A DNA stretch of 32,000 bases from Candidatus Electronema aureum (GCA_004284765.1 NQJD01000002.1:150001-182000); one strand, 5' to 3'. Shown: positions 9,847 through 19,282, numbered from the stretch's first letter. Notes: a model not told the origin generated them from the sequence alone. Numbers and translations: made by a program.

Positions 9847-10617
9847 ATGGCAGTACAAGTCACTATGCGGCAGATGCTTGAGGCCGGTCTGCATTTCGGA
9901 CATCAGACCAGACGTTGGAACCCCAAGATGAAGCCGTATATTTACGGGCCGCGCAACGGCATCTACATCATCAACTTGGATGCCACCATGCGGATGTTCC
10001 GCAAAGCCTGTGCCTACATGACTGATGTAGCAGCCAATGGGGGCAGTATTCTTTTTGTTGGCACCAAGCGCCAGTCGCAGGCGGTCATTAAGGAAGAGGC
10101 TGCACGCTGCGGCATGTATTACGTCAATCACCGCTGGCTCGGCGGTATGATGACCAATTTCCAGACCATCAAGAATTCGGTAGATCGGCTGAAGAAGATT
10201 GAGGCCATGCAGAAGGATGGCAGCATCAACCGTTTTCCGAAGCATGAAATTTTGCAGATGGAAAAAGAGCGGATTAAGTTAGAACGTAATGTCGGCGGCA
10301 TCAAAGACATGCGCAAGCTGCCTGATGTGCTGTTCATCATCGATCCCCGCAAAGAGGAAATCGCGGTAGATGAGGCCAGAAAGTTGGGCATTCCGGTCGT
10401 TGCTTTGACCGATACTAACTGTAACCCCGACGGCATCGACTACCTGATTCCTGGTAACGATGATGCAATTCGAGCAGTACGACTGATTGCTGGCCAGATG
10501 GCAGATGCCATTCTTGAAGGCAGAGGTGTGTCTGGCGAGGAGACTCCGGCGAACATCGAGGAGCTGGAAGCCGCTATGACTGCCACCGCGTTTGAGGAGC
10601 CAACCACAGCCGCCTGA
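9847..10617 (+). CDS. rpsB: 30S ribosomal protein S2
   Basis: [35 protein letters not shown] is canonical uS2. The ATG at 9847 follows AAGGAG and is preferred over the track's 9817 start. Confidence 0.96.
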   Translation: MAVQVTMRQMLEAGLHFGHQTRRWNPKMKPYIYGPRNGIYIINLDATMRMFRKACAYMTDVAANGGSILFVGTKRQSQAVIKEEAARCGMYYVNHRWLGGMMTNFQTIKNSVDRLKKIEAMQKDGSINRFPKHEILQMEKERIKLERNVGGIKDMRKLPDVLFIIDPRKEEIAVDEARKLGIPVVALTDTNCNPDGIDYLIPGNDDAIRAVRLIAGQMADAILEGRGVSGEETPANIEELEAAMTATAFEEPTTAA

Positions 10618-10644
10618 TCAACAAACAGGCGCAAGGCGGCAAGA

Positions 10645-10676
10645 GAGAAGGAGGGGCTGCCAAGCCCCTTCTTTTT
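10645..10676 (+). terminator. Rho-independent terminator/attenuator hairpin between rpsB and tsf
   Basis: GGGGCT (10653-10658) / loop GCCA / AGCCCC (10663-10668), extendable by flanking GAAGGA/TTCTT pairs, followed by TTCTTTTT. Confidence 0.6.
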
Positions 10677-10741
10677 GTAATGAGATTGCATTCGGAAATT
10701 TCCCGGATGATCATATATAGTTGCAGAAAAAGGAGATAATA

Positions 10742-11353
10742 ATGGAAATTACCAGCCAAATGGTCAAAGAGCTGCGCGAGAAGACCAATGCGGGCATGAT
10801 GGACTGCAAGAAGGCTTTGGCCGAAACCCAAGGCGATATGGAGAAGGCGGTTGACTATTTGCGCCAGAAGGGTTTGGCCGTGGCCGCTAAACGTTCAGGT
10901 CGTGTCACCTCTGAAGGTGTGGTCGAGTGCTACATTCATGGTGTGGGAAAATTAGGCGTGATGGTTGAAGTAGGCTGCGAGACCGACTTTGTTGCCAAGA
11001 CCGACGAGTTCAAAGCCTTTGCCAAAGATGTAGCCATGCACATTGCTGCTGCCAATCCGGTGTCTATCCGCCGTGAAGACATGCCGCAGGAAATGATTGC
11101 CCGTGAACGTGAGGTTTACATCAGCCAGATTAAGGAAGAAGAGGCAAAGACTGGAAAAGCGAAGCCAGAGAACATCGTTGGCAAGATTGTCGATGGCAAA
11201 ATTGACAAGTTTGTTGCTGAAAACTGCCTGCTGGAGCAAAAGTTTGTCAAGAATCCTGATGTGTCGATTCAAGACTTGCTCACCGGCCTGATTGCTAAGA
11301 TGGGCGAGAATATCTCGATCAAACGTTTTGCCCGCTTCCAGCTCGGCGCGTAA
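10742..11353 (+). CDS. tsf: Elongation factor Ts (short, ~203 aa form)
   Basis: ITSQMVKELREKTNAGMMDCKKAL.E..GD.EKA.D.LR.KG is the EF-Ts UBA-like N-terminus. The ATG at 10742 follows AAGGAG. Confidence 0.95.
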   Translation: MEITSQMVKELREKTNAGMMDCKKALAETQGDMEKAVDYLRQKGLAVAAKRSGRVTSEGVVECYIHGVGKLGVMVEVGCETDFVAKTDEFKAFAKDVAMHIAAANPVSIRREDMPQEMIAREREVYISQIKEEEAKTGKAKPENIVGKIVDGKIDKFVAENCLLEQKFVKNPDVSIQDLLTGLIAKMGENISIKRFARFQLGA

Positions 11354-11440
11354 CAACAAAAATCCCCGGCCTGCGGCAGCCGGGGTAAAATACACTGCTG
11401 CGTCTTTTCCAGTTCCCTCATTCGACGGAGACCTCAGTCC

Positions 11441-12148
11441 ATGCGATATCAGCGTATCCTTCTCAAACTCAGCGGTGAAGCCCTGATGGGCGACGGTGCT
11501 TACGGCATTAGCCCGTCCATGATTCAGTTTGTCGCTCAAGAAATCAAGACCGTGCATCAGCAGGGGGTGCAGATGGGGCTGGTCATCGGCGCGGGCAACA
11601 TTTTCCGGGGCGTGGCTGGTGCCGCAGGCGGCATGAATCGGGCGGTTGCCGACAACATGGGGATGCTGGCTACGGTGCTGAACGCCTTGGCCATGCAGGA
11701 CGGGCTGGAGCGGGCCGGGGTTCCGTGCCGAGTGTTGTCGGCGATTGCGATGCAGAATGTCTGCGAATCATACACCCGTGCTGCCGCGCTGGAGCATCTG
11801 GAGCAGGGCAGGGTGGTGATTTTCGCCGCAGGCACGGGCAATCCCTATTTCACCACCGACACCGGCGGGGTGCTGCGAGCCTTGGAGATTGGCGCGGATG
11901 TGATGATGAAGGCCACGCGGGTGGACGGCGTGTACGACCGCGACCCGGAGAAGGACAGAAATGCGGTGCGCTTTGACCGTCTCTCCTATACCAAAGTGCT
12001 GCACGATCAGCTGCGGGTGATGGATGCGGCTGGCATCTCTCTTGCTCGTGACAACAACCTGCCGGTGCTGGTCTTCAACATGAAGAAGGAAGGCAACATC
12101 GCCCGCGCTGCGGCTGGGGAGCAGGTGGGGACGTTGATTGTGGCGTGA
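11441..12148 (+). CDS. pyrH: UMP kinase
   Basis: YQRILLKLSGEAL, VIGAGNIFRG, VIFAAGTGNPYFTTDT and KATRVDGVYD.DP are PyrH signatures. Confidence 0.95.
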   Translation: MRYQRILLKLSGEALMGDGAYGISPSMIQFVAQEIKTVHQQGVQMGLVIGAGNIFRGVAGAAGGMNRAVADNMGMLATVLNALAMQDGLERAGVPCRVLSAIAMQNVCESYTRAAALEHLEQGRVVIFAAGTGNPYFTTDTGGVLRALEIGADVMMKATRVDGVYDRDPEKDRNAVRFDRLSYTKVLHDQLRVMDAAGISLARDNNLPVLVFNMKKEGNIARAAAGEQVGTLIVA

Positions 12149-12168
12149 GTCGGTCGCCTGTTATCGCG

Positions 12169-12594
12169 ATGCGAACGCTCTTTAGGTTTCTTGGCATTTT
12201 TTTTATTTTTAGCACGAATGTTTTTGCAGTTTGTCCAGAATGGCCAGCAACTCTTTGCGAAATGGTTCAAAAAAGTGACTGGGTCGTACGAGGTAGGGTT
12301 GAATCTATTCAGTTAGTGAAGGACAGCGATGATCCAGAAGGCATAGCTGGATGGCTTTATCATTTGAACGTCATCACCACATATCGCGGTACTGCAAAGC
12401 CATCCCTGATAGTGTTCAGCTCAAACACCACTTCTAGGATAGTTCTTAATCAGGATGGTGACTATTTTGTGTTTATCTCAAAAGCATCTGGTGAATTATT
12501 AGAAACTGGCAACGAATGCGATAACTATTCTGAGTCTAAATACAACTTGACACTTGAGAATCAAATACTCAAGTGTGTGTCGAACTCAAAATAA
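12169..12594 (+). CDS. Hypothetical small secreted protein (signal peptide), A+T-rich
   Basis: MRTLFRFLGIFFIFSTNVFA|VCPEW... looks like a signal peptide followed by about 120 aa with 4 Cys. I recognise no family. An alternative GTG start at 12145 overlaps the pyrH stop. Confidence 0.6.
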   Translation: MRTLFRFLGIFFIFSTNVFAVCPEWPATLCEMVQKSDWVVRGRVESIQLVKDSDDPEGIAGWLYHLNVITTYRGTAKPSLIVFSSNTTSRIVLNQDGDYFVFISKASGELLETGNECDNYSESKYNLTLENQILKCVSNSK

Positions 12595-12660
12595 TAACAG
12601 TTACATCAGGTAACTCAGTTCACCTGTCTGATACCTCATGTCATATAATGGAGAAACATC

Positions 12661-13218
12661 ATGGGAAATCCTGTTGTTGACGATGCCAAATCAAAAATGG
12701 TGGCCCGGATTGACGCGCTGAAGCGTGATTTGACCAAAATCCGCACAGGCCGTGCTTCAATCGCTCTGCTTGACGGTATCCGCGTGGATGCTTACGGCTC
12801 CAAGATGCCGCTCAATCAGGTTGCGGCCCTGACTGTGCCCGAAAGCCGAATGATCGTGGTGCAGCCTTGGGATCCGCAGATGCTGCCGATGATTGAGAAG
12901 GCGATTCTCGCTTCAGACATTGGCCTGACACCTTCTAGCGACGGCAAGGTGATTCGCCTGCCCATCCCGCAGCTCACTGAGGAGCGGCGCAAGGATTTGG
13001 TCAAGCAGGTGAAGAAAATCGCCGAGGAATTCAAGGTCGGAGTTCGTGGCGACCGCCACAAGGCGAATGATGTCTTCAAAAAGCAGAAAGCTGACAAAGA
13101 AATCTCTGAAGATGACATGACCCGGTATCAGGACGAGGTACAGAAGTTGACCGACGATTTCATCAAGCAGATTGATGCCATCGCCGCTGGCAAAGAAAAA
13201 GAGGTCATGGAAGTATGA
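12661..13218 (+). CDS. frr: Ribosome recycling factor
   Basis: L..IRTGRAS.ALLD.I.V.AYGS.MPLNQVA...VPE.R...VQPWD and RLPIP.LTEERRK.LVK are RRF signatures. Confidence 0.95.
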   Translation: MGNPVVDDAKSKMVARIDALKRDLTKIRTGRASIALLDGIRVDAYGSKMPLNQVAALTVPESRMIVVQPWDPQMLPMIEKAILASDIGLTPSSDGKVIRLPIPQLTEERRKDLVKQVKKIAEEFKVGVRGDRHKANDVFKKQKADKEISEDDMTRYQDEVQKLTDDFIKQIDAIAAGKEKEVMEV

Positions 13219-13955
13219 CCGTCCTGCCGGTCATTCAGCCGCTGCCCGTTCATGTCGCGATTATCATGGACGGCAATGGCCGCTGGGCCAAAGACCGGCA
13301 TCAGCCCCGGCTTTTCGGCCACAAGGCGGGGGTTGATTCGGTGCGGGAAATTGTTGAAGCCGCACGCGAGATTGGCATTCGCCATCTGACGCTCTACGCT
13401 TTTTCCACCGAAAATTGGCAGCGGCCCGGTCTTGAAGTCAAAGGGCTGATGATGCTGCTCAAGACGTTTTTGCAGGCCGAGCTGGATGCGATGAAGAAAA
13501 ACGGCATCCGCTTGGACTGCTTTGGGCAAAAGGAGCGGCTGCCTGACGATGCGCGGGCGGTGTTGGAGCGGGTCATTGCTGAGACCGCCGATTGTCCGGG
13601 CCTGCGGCTGAACTTGGCGTTAAGCTACGGTTCCCGTACCGAAATGCTGCGGGCAGTGCGCGAGGTCGGCAGCCGCTGCGCCGCAGGCCAGCTCAGGCCG
13701 GAGGAGATTGACGAGCAGCTCTTCAGCGGCTGCCTCTATTCCGCCGGGCAGCCCGATCCCGACCTGCTCATCCGCACCAGCGGCGAGCAGCGGCTCTCCA
13801 ATTTTCTCCTCTGGCAGCTCTCCTACGCCGAATTATATTTCACTGAAACCCGCTGGCCAGATTTCCGTCGCGAGCAGTTCTTTGAGGCATTGCAGATTTA
13901 CGCCAGCAGACAGCGGCGTTTTGGCAAGACTGGGGAACAGGTCGAGAAAAAATAA
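13215..13955 (+). CDS. uppS: Di-trans,poly-cis-undecaprenyl-diphosphate synthase
   Basis: HVAIIMDGNGRWAK, LTLYAFSTENW.RP, IRTSGEQRLSNFLLWQLSYAELYF. ATGA overlap with the frr stop. Confidence 0.95.
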   Translation: MTVLPVIQPLPVHVAIIMDGNGRWAKDRHQPRLFGHKAGVDSVREIVEAAREIGIRHLTLYAFSTENWQRPGLEVKGLMMLLKTFLQAELDAMKKNGIRLDCFGQKERLPDDARAVLERVIAETADCPGLRLNLALSYGSRTEMLRAVREVGSRCAAGQLRPEEIDEQLFSGCLYSAGQPDPDLLIRTSGEQRLSNFLLWQLSYAELYFTETRWPDFRREQFFEALQIYASRQRRFGKTGEQVEKK

Positions 13956-13977
13956 CATTCCGTACAATATTTATCCA

Positions 13978-14442
13978 ATGTCTATATCAGATGCTGAAAA
14001 CAAAACGGTCGTAAAAGGAAAAGTAACGAAGCATCTAATACGGGCAATGTTACGATCTATCCCGTTGCTGCCCGGCCCGGAGCTGTACGATATATTTGAT
14101 GAATTAAGAAAGTCAAGAAGTTCATTAGATAGAAAGGTGGAGCAAGCCGCAACTTCTCTTCGAGAGACATCTGATTTGATATCGGAATTAGAGAACGATC
14201 TTTTAGATCGTTCTGAGAAAATAAAAATATTGCGAGATAAAATTGATCGATATTCAAAGATGGCAGAAATAGAGGAAGACAAGGCAAGGGTTATCTTGAA
14301 AGAGATTCAGTGTACCTTAGACAGGGGAAAGAATATTGAAAGATTGTATTCGTTAGGCATTAATTTAATTACTGGAACGATATTTTTTATATTAGGCATT
14401 GTTGCAGGGCCAATGCTGTCGAAGTGGTTAAACATAAACTGA
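13978..14442 (+). CDS. Hypothetical coiled-coil protein with a C-terminal transmembrane anchor, A+T-rich
   Basis: In-frame ATG at 13978 inside track ORF 13708-14442. The upstream 90 codons overlap uppS out of frame and are discarded. The sequence has heptad-like charged helices (SLRETSDLISELENDLLDRSEKIKILRDKIDRYSKMAEIEEDKARVILKEI) and then LITGTIFFILGIVAGPMLSKW. No family recognised. Confidence 0.6.
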   Translation: MSISDAENKTVVKGKVTKHLIRAMLRSIPLLPGPELYDIFDELRKSRSSLDRKVEQAATSLRETSDLISELENDLLDRSEKIKILRDKIDRYSKMAEIEEDKARVILKEIQCTLDRGKNIERLYSLGINLITGTIFFILGIVAGPMLSKWLNIN

Positions 14443-14453
14443 AAATTTAGCTC

Positions 14454-15254
14454 ATGAACCGCCTTATCCCCGGTCTGCTCATGGCCGCGCTGTGGGTGCT
14501 GCTGCTCTACGTTGCCCCGCCGCTGATTTTCTGGTTTGTCATGACAGTCGGCGCGGCGGCGGCTCTGCACGAGTTCTTCCGCATGGCGGTGAAAACTCCC
14601 GGCTCCGGGGTGCGGGTGCTGGCTATCGCCGCGAGCCTTAGCCCGGTGCTGGCCGCTTACGCAGGCACTCCGGCGGCGGTGCTGACCGGCAGCTATCTCG
14701 CCCTGCTCGGCCTCGCCCTCTTGGTCATCTTCTTCTACACCGCCTTTGCCGACCCGCTGGCCTTCCTGCTCAACGCCGGCTTTTCCGTCTTCTACGTCTC
14801 GCTCTGCTGCGGCTTCATCGTCCTGCTGCGCGGCCTGTCCGACGACGGCAGCCACTGGCTGCTGATTCTCACCGCCATCACTGCCGGTTCTGACACCGGG
14901 GCCTATTACGCAGGCCGGGCCTTTGGCAAACGCAAGCTCTGCCCGCCGGTCAGCCCGAAAAAGACCGTAAACGGGGCCATTGGCGGTCTGCTCGCGGCAG
15001 TTGCGTCGGCAGTGCTGCTCTGCTGCGTTTTGCTGCCGGAAGTGAGCTGCTTGAAAATGGCCGTCGCCGCGCTCCTGCTCGCCGCTGTCGGCATTGTCGG
15101 CGATCTGCTCGAATCGGTGATCAAACGCGGCACTGGCTGCAAGGATTCCGGCACCATGCTGAAAGGTCACGGTGGTCTGCTCGACCGCGCCGACAGCCTG
15201 CTGTTCGCTGCGCCGTTACTCTACGTCCTGCTTTTGTGGAAATTTTTCGTGTGA
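14454..15254 (+). CDS. cdsA: Phosphatidate cytidylyltransferase
   Basis: Multi-pass membrane protein with [24 protein letters not shown] and SVIKR..G.KDSG..L.GHGG.LDR.DS, the CdsA signature. Confidence 0.93.
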   Translation: MNRLIPGLLMAALWVLLLYVAPPLIFWFVMTVGAAAALHEFFRMAVKTPGSGVRVLAIAASLSPVLAAYAGTPAAVLTGSYLALLGLALLVIFFYTAFADPLAFLLNAGFSVFYVSLCCGFIVLLRGLSDDGSHWLLILTAITAGSDTGAYYAGRAFGKRKLCPPVSPKKTVNGAIGGLLAAVASAVLLCCVLLPEVSCLKMAVAALLLAAVGIVGDLLESVIKRGTGCKDSGTMLKGHGGLLDRADSLLFAAPLLYVLLLWKFFV

Positions 15255-15262
15255 AAATTCCC

Positions 15263-16429
15263 ATGAAAACGCTCGCCCTGCTCGGCTCCACTGGCTCCAT
15301 TGGCAAAAATGTACTGAACGTAGTGCGAGCTTTTCCTGACCGCTTCCGCATCGCTGGATTGGCGGCAGGGAAAAATATCACCGAGCTGGCCGCGCAGGTG
15401 TTGGAGTTTCAGCCGGAAAGTATCTCCGTTGCCGACGAAGTAACAGCGGCACGATTGGCCGAGCTGTTGCCTGCCGAGTATCGGCAGAAAATTTTCTGGG
15501 GCGAAGAGGGCAATATTCAGGTTGCCACCGTGCCTGCCGCGCAGATGGTCATTACCGCTGTGGTCGGGGCCGCTGGTCTGCTGCCGACTTTGGCCGCAAT
15601 CAAAGCGGGCAAGGATATCGGCTTGGCTAACAAAGAAACCTTGGTCATGGCCGGGCGGATCGTCATGCAGGCGGTACGCGAGCACAAGGTTTCCCTGCTG
15701 CCGATAGACTCCGAGCATTCTGCTATTTTTCAAGCTCTTGAAGCAGGCCGCCGCGACGATGTGGCGATGCTCATCCTCACCGCATCAGGCGGGCCGTTCC
15801 GCACCTTCTCGCCGGAGCAGCTAGCCTGTGTCACGCCTGCGCAAGCCCTTGCACACCCTAACTGGTCAATGGGCCGCAAGATTTCCATTGATTCCGCCAC
15901 GCTGATGAACAAAGGGCTGGAGGTGATCGAGGCCCGCTGGCTTTTCGATATCCCGGCGGAAAAAATCCGGGTGGTGGTGCATCCAGAGTCCATCGTCCAT
16001 TCCTTGGTCGAGTACATTGACGGCTCGGTGATGGCCCAGCTCGGCATTCCCGACATGCGCATTCCTATCGCCTATGCTCTGTCCTATCCTGAGCGGCTTA
16101 ATCTCGGCCTGTCACGGCTCAGTCTCTCCGCCTGCGGCAGCCTCAATTTCGAGAAGCCGGACTACGCACGCTTTCCAGCCCTTGATTTAGCTTTTGCCGC
16201 GCTGCAAGAAGGTGGGGTGAAGCCTGCGGTTTTGAATGCCGCCAACGAGGTCGCCGTAGCTGCCTTCCTTGAACAGAAAATCGGCTTCACCGACATTGCA
16301 CGAGTGGTTGAGGCAGTGCTGGCGCAGTTCGCCGCTGGTGATGATCTTGATCTTGGCGAAATACTGGCGGCAGACAGAAAGGCGCGGGAGCTGGCAGGGG
16401 AAAAAATTTTGGAGATCAACAGAGGATAA
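15263..16429 (+). CDS. dxr: 1-deoxy-D-xylulose-5-phosphate reductoisomerase
   Basis: [64 protein letters not shown]. The ATG at 15263 is preferred over the track's 15236 start. Confidence 0.95.
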   Translation: MKTLALLGSTGSIGKNVLNVVRAFPDRFRIAGLAAGKNITELAAQVLEFQPESISVADEVTAARLAELLPAEYRQKIFWGEEGNIQVATVPAAQMVITAVVGAAGLLPTLAAIKAGKDIGLANKETLVMAGRIVMQAVREHKVSLLPIDSEHSAIFQALEAGRRDDVAMLILTASGGPFRTFSPEQLACVTPAQALAHPNWSMGRKISIDSATLMNKGLEVIEARWLFDIPAEKIRVVVHPESIVHSLVEYIDGSVMAQLGIPDMRIPIAYALSYPERLNLGLSRLSLSACGSLNFEKPDYARFPALDLAFAALQEGGVKPAVLNAANEVAVAAFLEQKIGFTDIARVVEAVLAQFAAGDDLDLGEILAADRKARELAGEKILEINRG

Positions 16430-16431
16430 AG

Positions 16432-18171
16432 ATGGCAAAAAACGTTTTGGCTCTGAAGCCTTTTCTCGAAACGATCAAAACCTATTGCGTCAAGCTGACT
16501 AAAAAAGAACTCATTGACTTGCTTTGCCAAGCGGCTCTCGACACGCCTGCGGAAGAACGAAGAAATTTTCTGGAAAAGCTCTCAATCGCTTCTGTGCCGA
16601 GCGATGTTCATCGATCAGCAGCGCAGGATGAAGATGTCAGTATTTTAGCCAAGACAGACAAACTGCTTGATGATGTTGCCGCGTGGCAAAAATCTATTGA
16701 AGACGGCTCCTATTACGAAAAGCATTGGGAAGACGGGTATTGCGATGAGGAAGAATTTCCCAGTATTTCAAAAGAACAACAAGAAACTTTGGAAACTTTG
16801 TTTGCCGAAGCAGACGGCCTGTTTCTTGATGGCAAACTGGAACTTGCCGGAAATGTTTATCAGCAGTTGATTGATTTGGCTCTGCACAGCGCAGGATTGG
16901 ACTATGGGATTGATCATAACGATCTGGATGTTAACTGGCGGGAAACTTTGGCCCGATATTGCCGCTGCGTTTATGAGACATCTGCTGATAAAGAACGGGT
17001 AAAACAGGTGCTTTCTGCCTTGGAAGTCGAGCGAAAAACCGAGGCGGAAAGGCAGCACTTCGGGATTTGTTATAATCCGGCAGAAGAAATCTTTCCCTCG
17101 CTCCGGGATGTGTTTGACGTACGGCCCGGCGAGCTGGCCGATTGGAACAATTTTCTCAAAAAAGCGCAGAAAAAGCTGCATGGCCTCAGCAACAGCCGGG
17201 CCGTTCTTCTGTATTTGGAAACAGTTTATTGGCTGGACGGCATTCAAGGGCTGGCAGCGGCAGTCCGCCAGAGAAACATTCCGGTCGGCTATTTGTATTG
17301 GCTGGATATGCTGCGGGACGGCGCGGCATGGAATGAGCTGGCGCAGGCGGCGCACGAGGCTTTGCATGCCATGCCTCATGATGCTCTGCGGGGCTATGCG
17401 GCAGCTCAGTTGAGCTTGGCAGGCGAGCAAACAAGCGACAACAGCCTTGTTTTGCAAGGCAAACGCGAGCAATTTTTTTCCGAACCGCAGGAAGAACACT
17501 TGGCCGCTTTGCTGCGGGAGTCGGCCAAGCAGCAGGTCAGCGAGGCGGAATTAAGCAAGACACTTGCGTATCTTGAAGCGAAACCGGACCCCAAAAAGCC
17601 GGTTTCTTCTTTCTTGCAACTCACTCAACCAGATTTGTTTTTTCTCAAGATCAAAACTATGCTGCTGTTGGGAAAGCTGCGGGAAAGCTATGCGGCAATT
17701 GATCAAAAGGCGGCAATCGGCTGGTCAGATGAGAAAAAAACAACCGGAGCCGTTTATGTCGGCATTCTGCTCGTCCTGAGCCAAGGAAATGCTCAGGCTA
17801 AGACCATTCACAGCCTTTTTGCCAAATACATGCGCGGTCGTTACGGAAATGCGTTCATCGCTGATGCAATTCAGCAGCGTCTGCTGCAATTTCCTGTCTC
17901 GGATTCGCAAAAGGATCAGTGGCTCAAGTTTGTTGAACAAATTTCCGCCGAGCGTGCCGAGCATATTATCTCCAATCAGTATCGGAAAGGATATGCCAGA
18001 GCTGCTGAAGCCTTGGGCGGATATCTGGAATGCTTGCTTCTGCATGAGCGGAGGAGCCAAGCTGCCGCATTTCTCAATCTGAAAAGAAATCAGCAGTACA
18101 AGCGGTATCCGGCATTCCGTCGGGAACTTGATGAAGTTATCAGCAGATCACCTCTGCTGACCAGACTGTAA
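16432..18171 (+). CDS. Hypothetical 579-aa soluble, apparently all-helical protein; no family recognised
   Basis: Uninterrupted 1740-nt ORF. The ATG lies 2 nt after the dxr stop and is preceded by GAGGA. No TM segment and no catalytic motif that I can name. Confidence 0.7.
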   Translation: MAKNVLALKPFLETIKTYCVKLTKKELIDLLCQAALDTPAEERRNFLEKLSIASVPSDVHRSAAQDEDVSILAKTDKLLDDVAAWQKSIEDGSYYEKHWEDGYCDEEEFPSISKEQQETLETLFAEADGLFLDGKLELAGNVYQQLIDLALHSAGLDYGIDHNDLDVNWRETLARYCRCVYETSADKERVKQVLSALEVERKTEAERQHFGICYNPAEEIFPSLRDVFDVRPGELADWNNFLKKAQKKLHGLSNSRAVLLYLETVYWLDGIQGLAAAVRQRNIPVGYLYWLDMLRDGAAWNELAQAAHEALHAMPHDALRGYAAAQLSLAGEQTSDNSLVLQGKREQFFSEPQEEHLAALLRESAKQQVSEAELSKTLAYLEAKPDPKKPVSSFLQLTQPDLFFLKIKTMLLLGKLRESYAAIDQKAAIGWSDEKKTTGAVYVGILLVLSQGNAQAKTIHSLFAKYMRGRYGNAFIADAIQQRLLQFPVSDSQKDQWLKFVEQISAERAEHIISNQYRKGYARAAEALGGYLECLLLHERRSQAAAFLNLKRNQQYKRYPAFRRELDEVISRSPLLTRL

Positions 18172-18202
18172 TGACAACTCTTTCACAAGGATATTTTTTG
18201 TT

Positions 18203-19282
18203 ATGAACGCTGTCCTTTCTTTTATTCTCGTCCTCGGCATCCTCATCTTCGTTCACGAACTCGGCCATTTCCTCTTTTCCAAGCTCTTCAAGGTGCGGGT
18301 GCTGAAATTCTCGCTCGGCTTTGGCAACAAGCTGATCGGCAAGCAGTGGGGCGAGACCGAATATCTGATCTCCGCCTTCCCGCTAGGCGGTTACGTGAAA
18401 ATGTACGGCGAGCAGCCGGGTGAGGAAGTCGCTGAAGCGGATAAGGAGGTTTCTTTTTCGCACAAAACAGTCGGGCAGCGTTTCTGGATCGTCTTCGGTG
18501 GCCCGCTCTTTAACCTGCTCTTTGCTGTGCTGGTCTTCTGGCTGATGTTCGTCTTTGCTGGGATGCCTGATCTGGTGGATACAACCAAGATTGGCGAGGT
18601 TTCAGTCGGTTCGGCGGCAGAAAAAGCAGGTCTACTAAAGGGTGACCTCATTCTGACCATCAACGACCATAAAATGACTTCTTGGGAGCAAGTTTCTTCT
18701 TCCGTCAAAGAATCTGGCGGCAAGAAGATGCAGCTTGTTGTTCAGCGAGGCAAAGAAGTGCTGACCATCGAAGCCACTCCGGTACGCGACAAAGTGAAGA
18801 ACATCTTTGGCGAGCCGACCGAGGAACGCTATCTGCTCGGCATGAGCCGCGCCGAGGATGTGGTGTACAGCAAAGTTTCCCTGCTCGAATCGGTCATGCT
18901 GGCCTTGGAGCACACATGGAGCATGATTGTCCTCACGGTCATGGGCCTAGTCAAGATGCTCCAGCGCATCATTCCTGCCTCTGAACTGGGCGGGCCAATC
19001 CGCATTGCCGAGATCGCTGGTGAGCAATTTAAGGCAGGCTGGATCAACCTGATTCATTTCACCGGTCTGCTTTCGGTTAACCTCGGCATACTCAACCTGC
19101 TGCCGATCCCAATTCTTGACGGCGGCCACCTTGTTTTCCTCAGCATTGAGGCCATTCGCCGCAAGCCGATGGGTGAAATGGCCCTGATGCGGGCGCAGCA
19201 GGTCGGCATGGCCTTGCTTGGCACTTTGATGATCTTTGTCTTCTACAACGACATCGCCCGGCTGGTGCAGCGGTGGATGTAA
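18203..19282 (+). CDS. rseP: RIP zinc metalloprotease RseP (site-2 protease, M50, one PDZ)
   Basis: HELGHF in TM1, a central PDZ-like segment (GSAAEKAGLLKGDLILTIN), and NLLPIPILDGGH near the C-terminus. Confidence 0.93.
   Translation: MNAVLSFILVLGILIFVHELGHFLFSKLFKVRVLKFSLGFGNKLIGKQWGETEYLISAFPLGGYVKMYGEQPGEEVAEADKEVSFSHKTVGQRFWIVFGGPLFNLLFAVLVFWLMFVFAGMPDLVDTTKIGEVSVGSAAEKAGLLKGDLILTINDHKMTSWEQVSSSVKESGGKKMQLVVQRGKEVLTIEATPVRDKVKNIFGEPTEERYLLGMSRAEDVVYSKVSLLESVMLALEHTWSMIVLTVMGLVKMLQRIIPASELGGPIRIAEIAGEQFKAGWINLIHFTGLLSVNLGILNLLPIPILDGGHLVFLSIEAIRRKPMGEMALMRAQQVGMALLGTLMIFVFYNDIARLVQRWM

Noticed and set aside
11364-11385. Hairpin CCCCGGC / GCCGGGG just after tsf
   Set aside because: A good 7-bp G+C stem, but no T-tract follows on the + strand. 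The T-tract is on the opposite strand, where no gene converges. It could be a weak or bidirectional terminator, with insufficient support.
13708-13977. N-terminal 90 codons of track ORF 13708-14442
   Set aside because: This part overlaps uppS in another frame and is Ser/Pro/Ala-rich. The composition switches to A+T-rich exactly after the uppS stop, so I start the gene at ATG 13978.
14307-15170. 287-aa minus-strand ORF, the longest antisense ORF in the track
   Set aside because: It lies entirely antisense to cdsA, whose product has clear family signatures. The translation is Arg/Gly/Ala/Gln-rich low-complexity sequence, typical of shadow ORFs in G+C-rich DNA.
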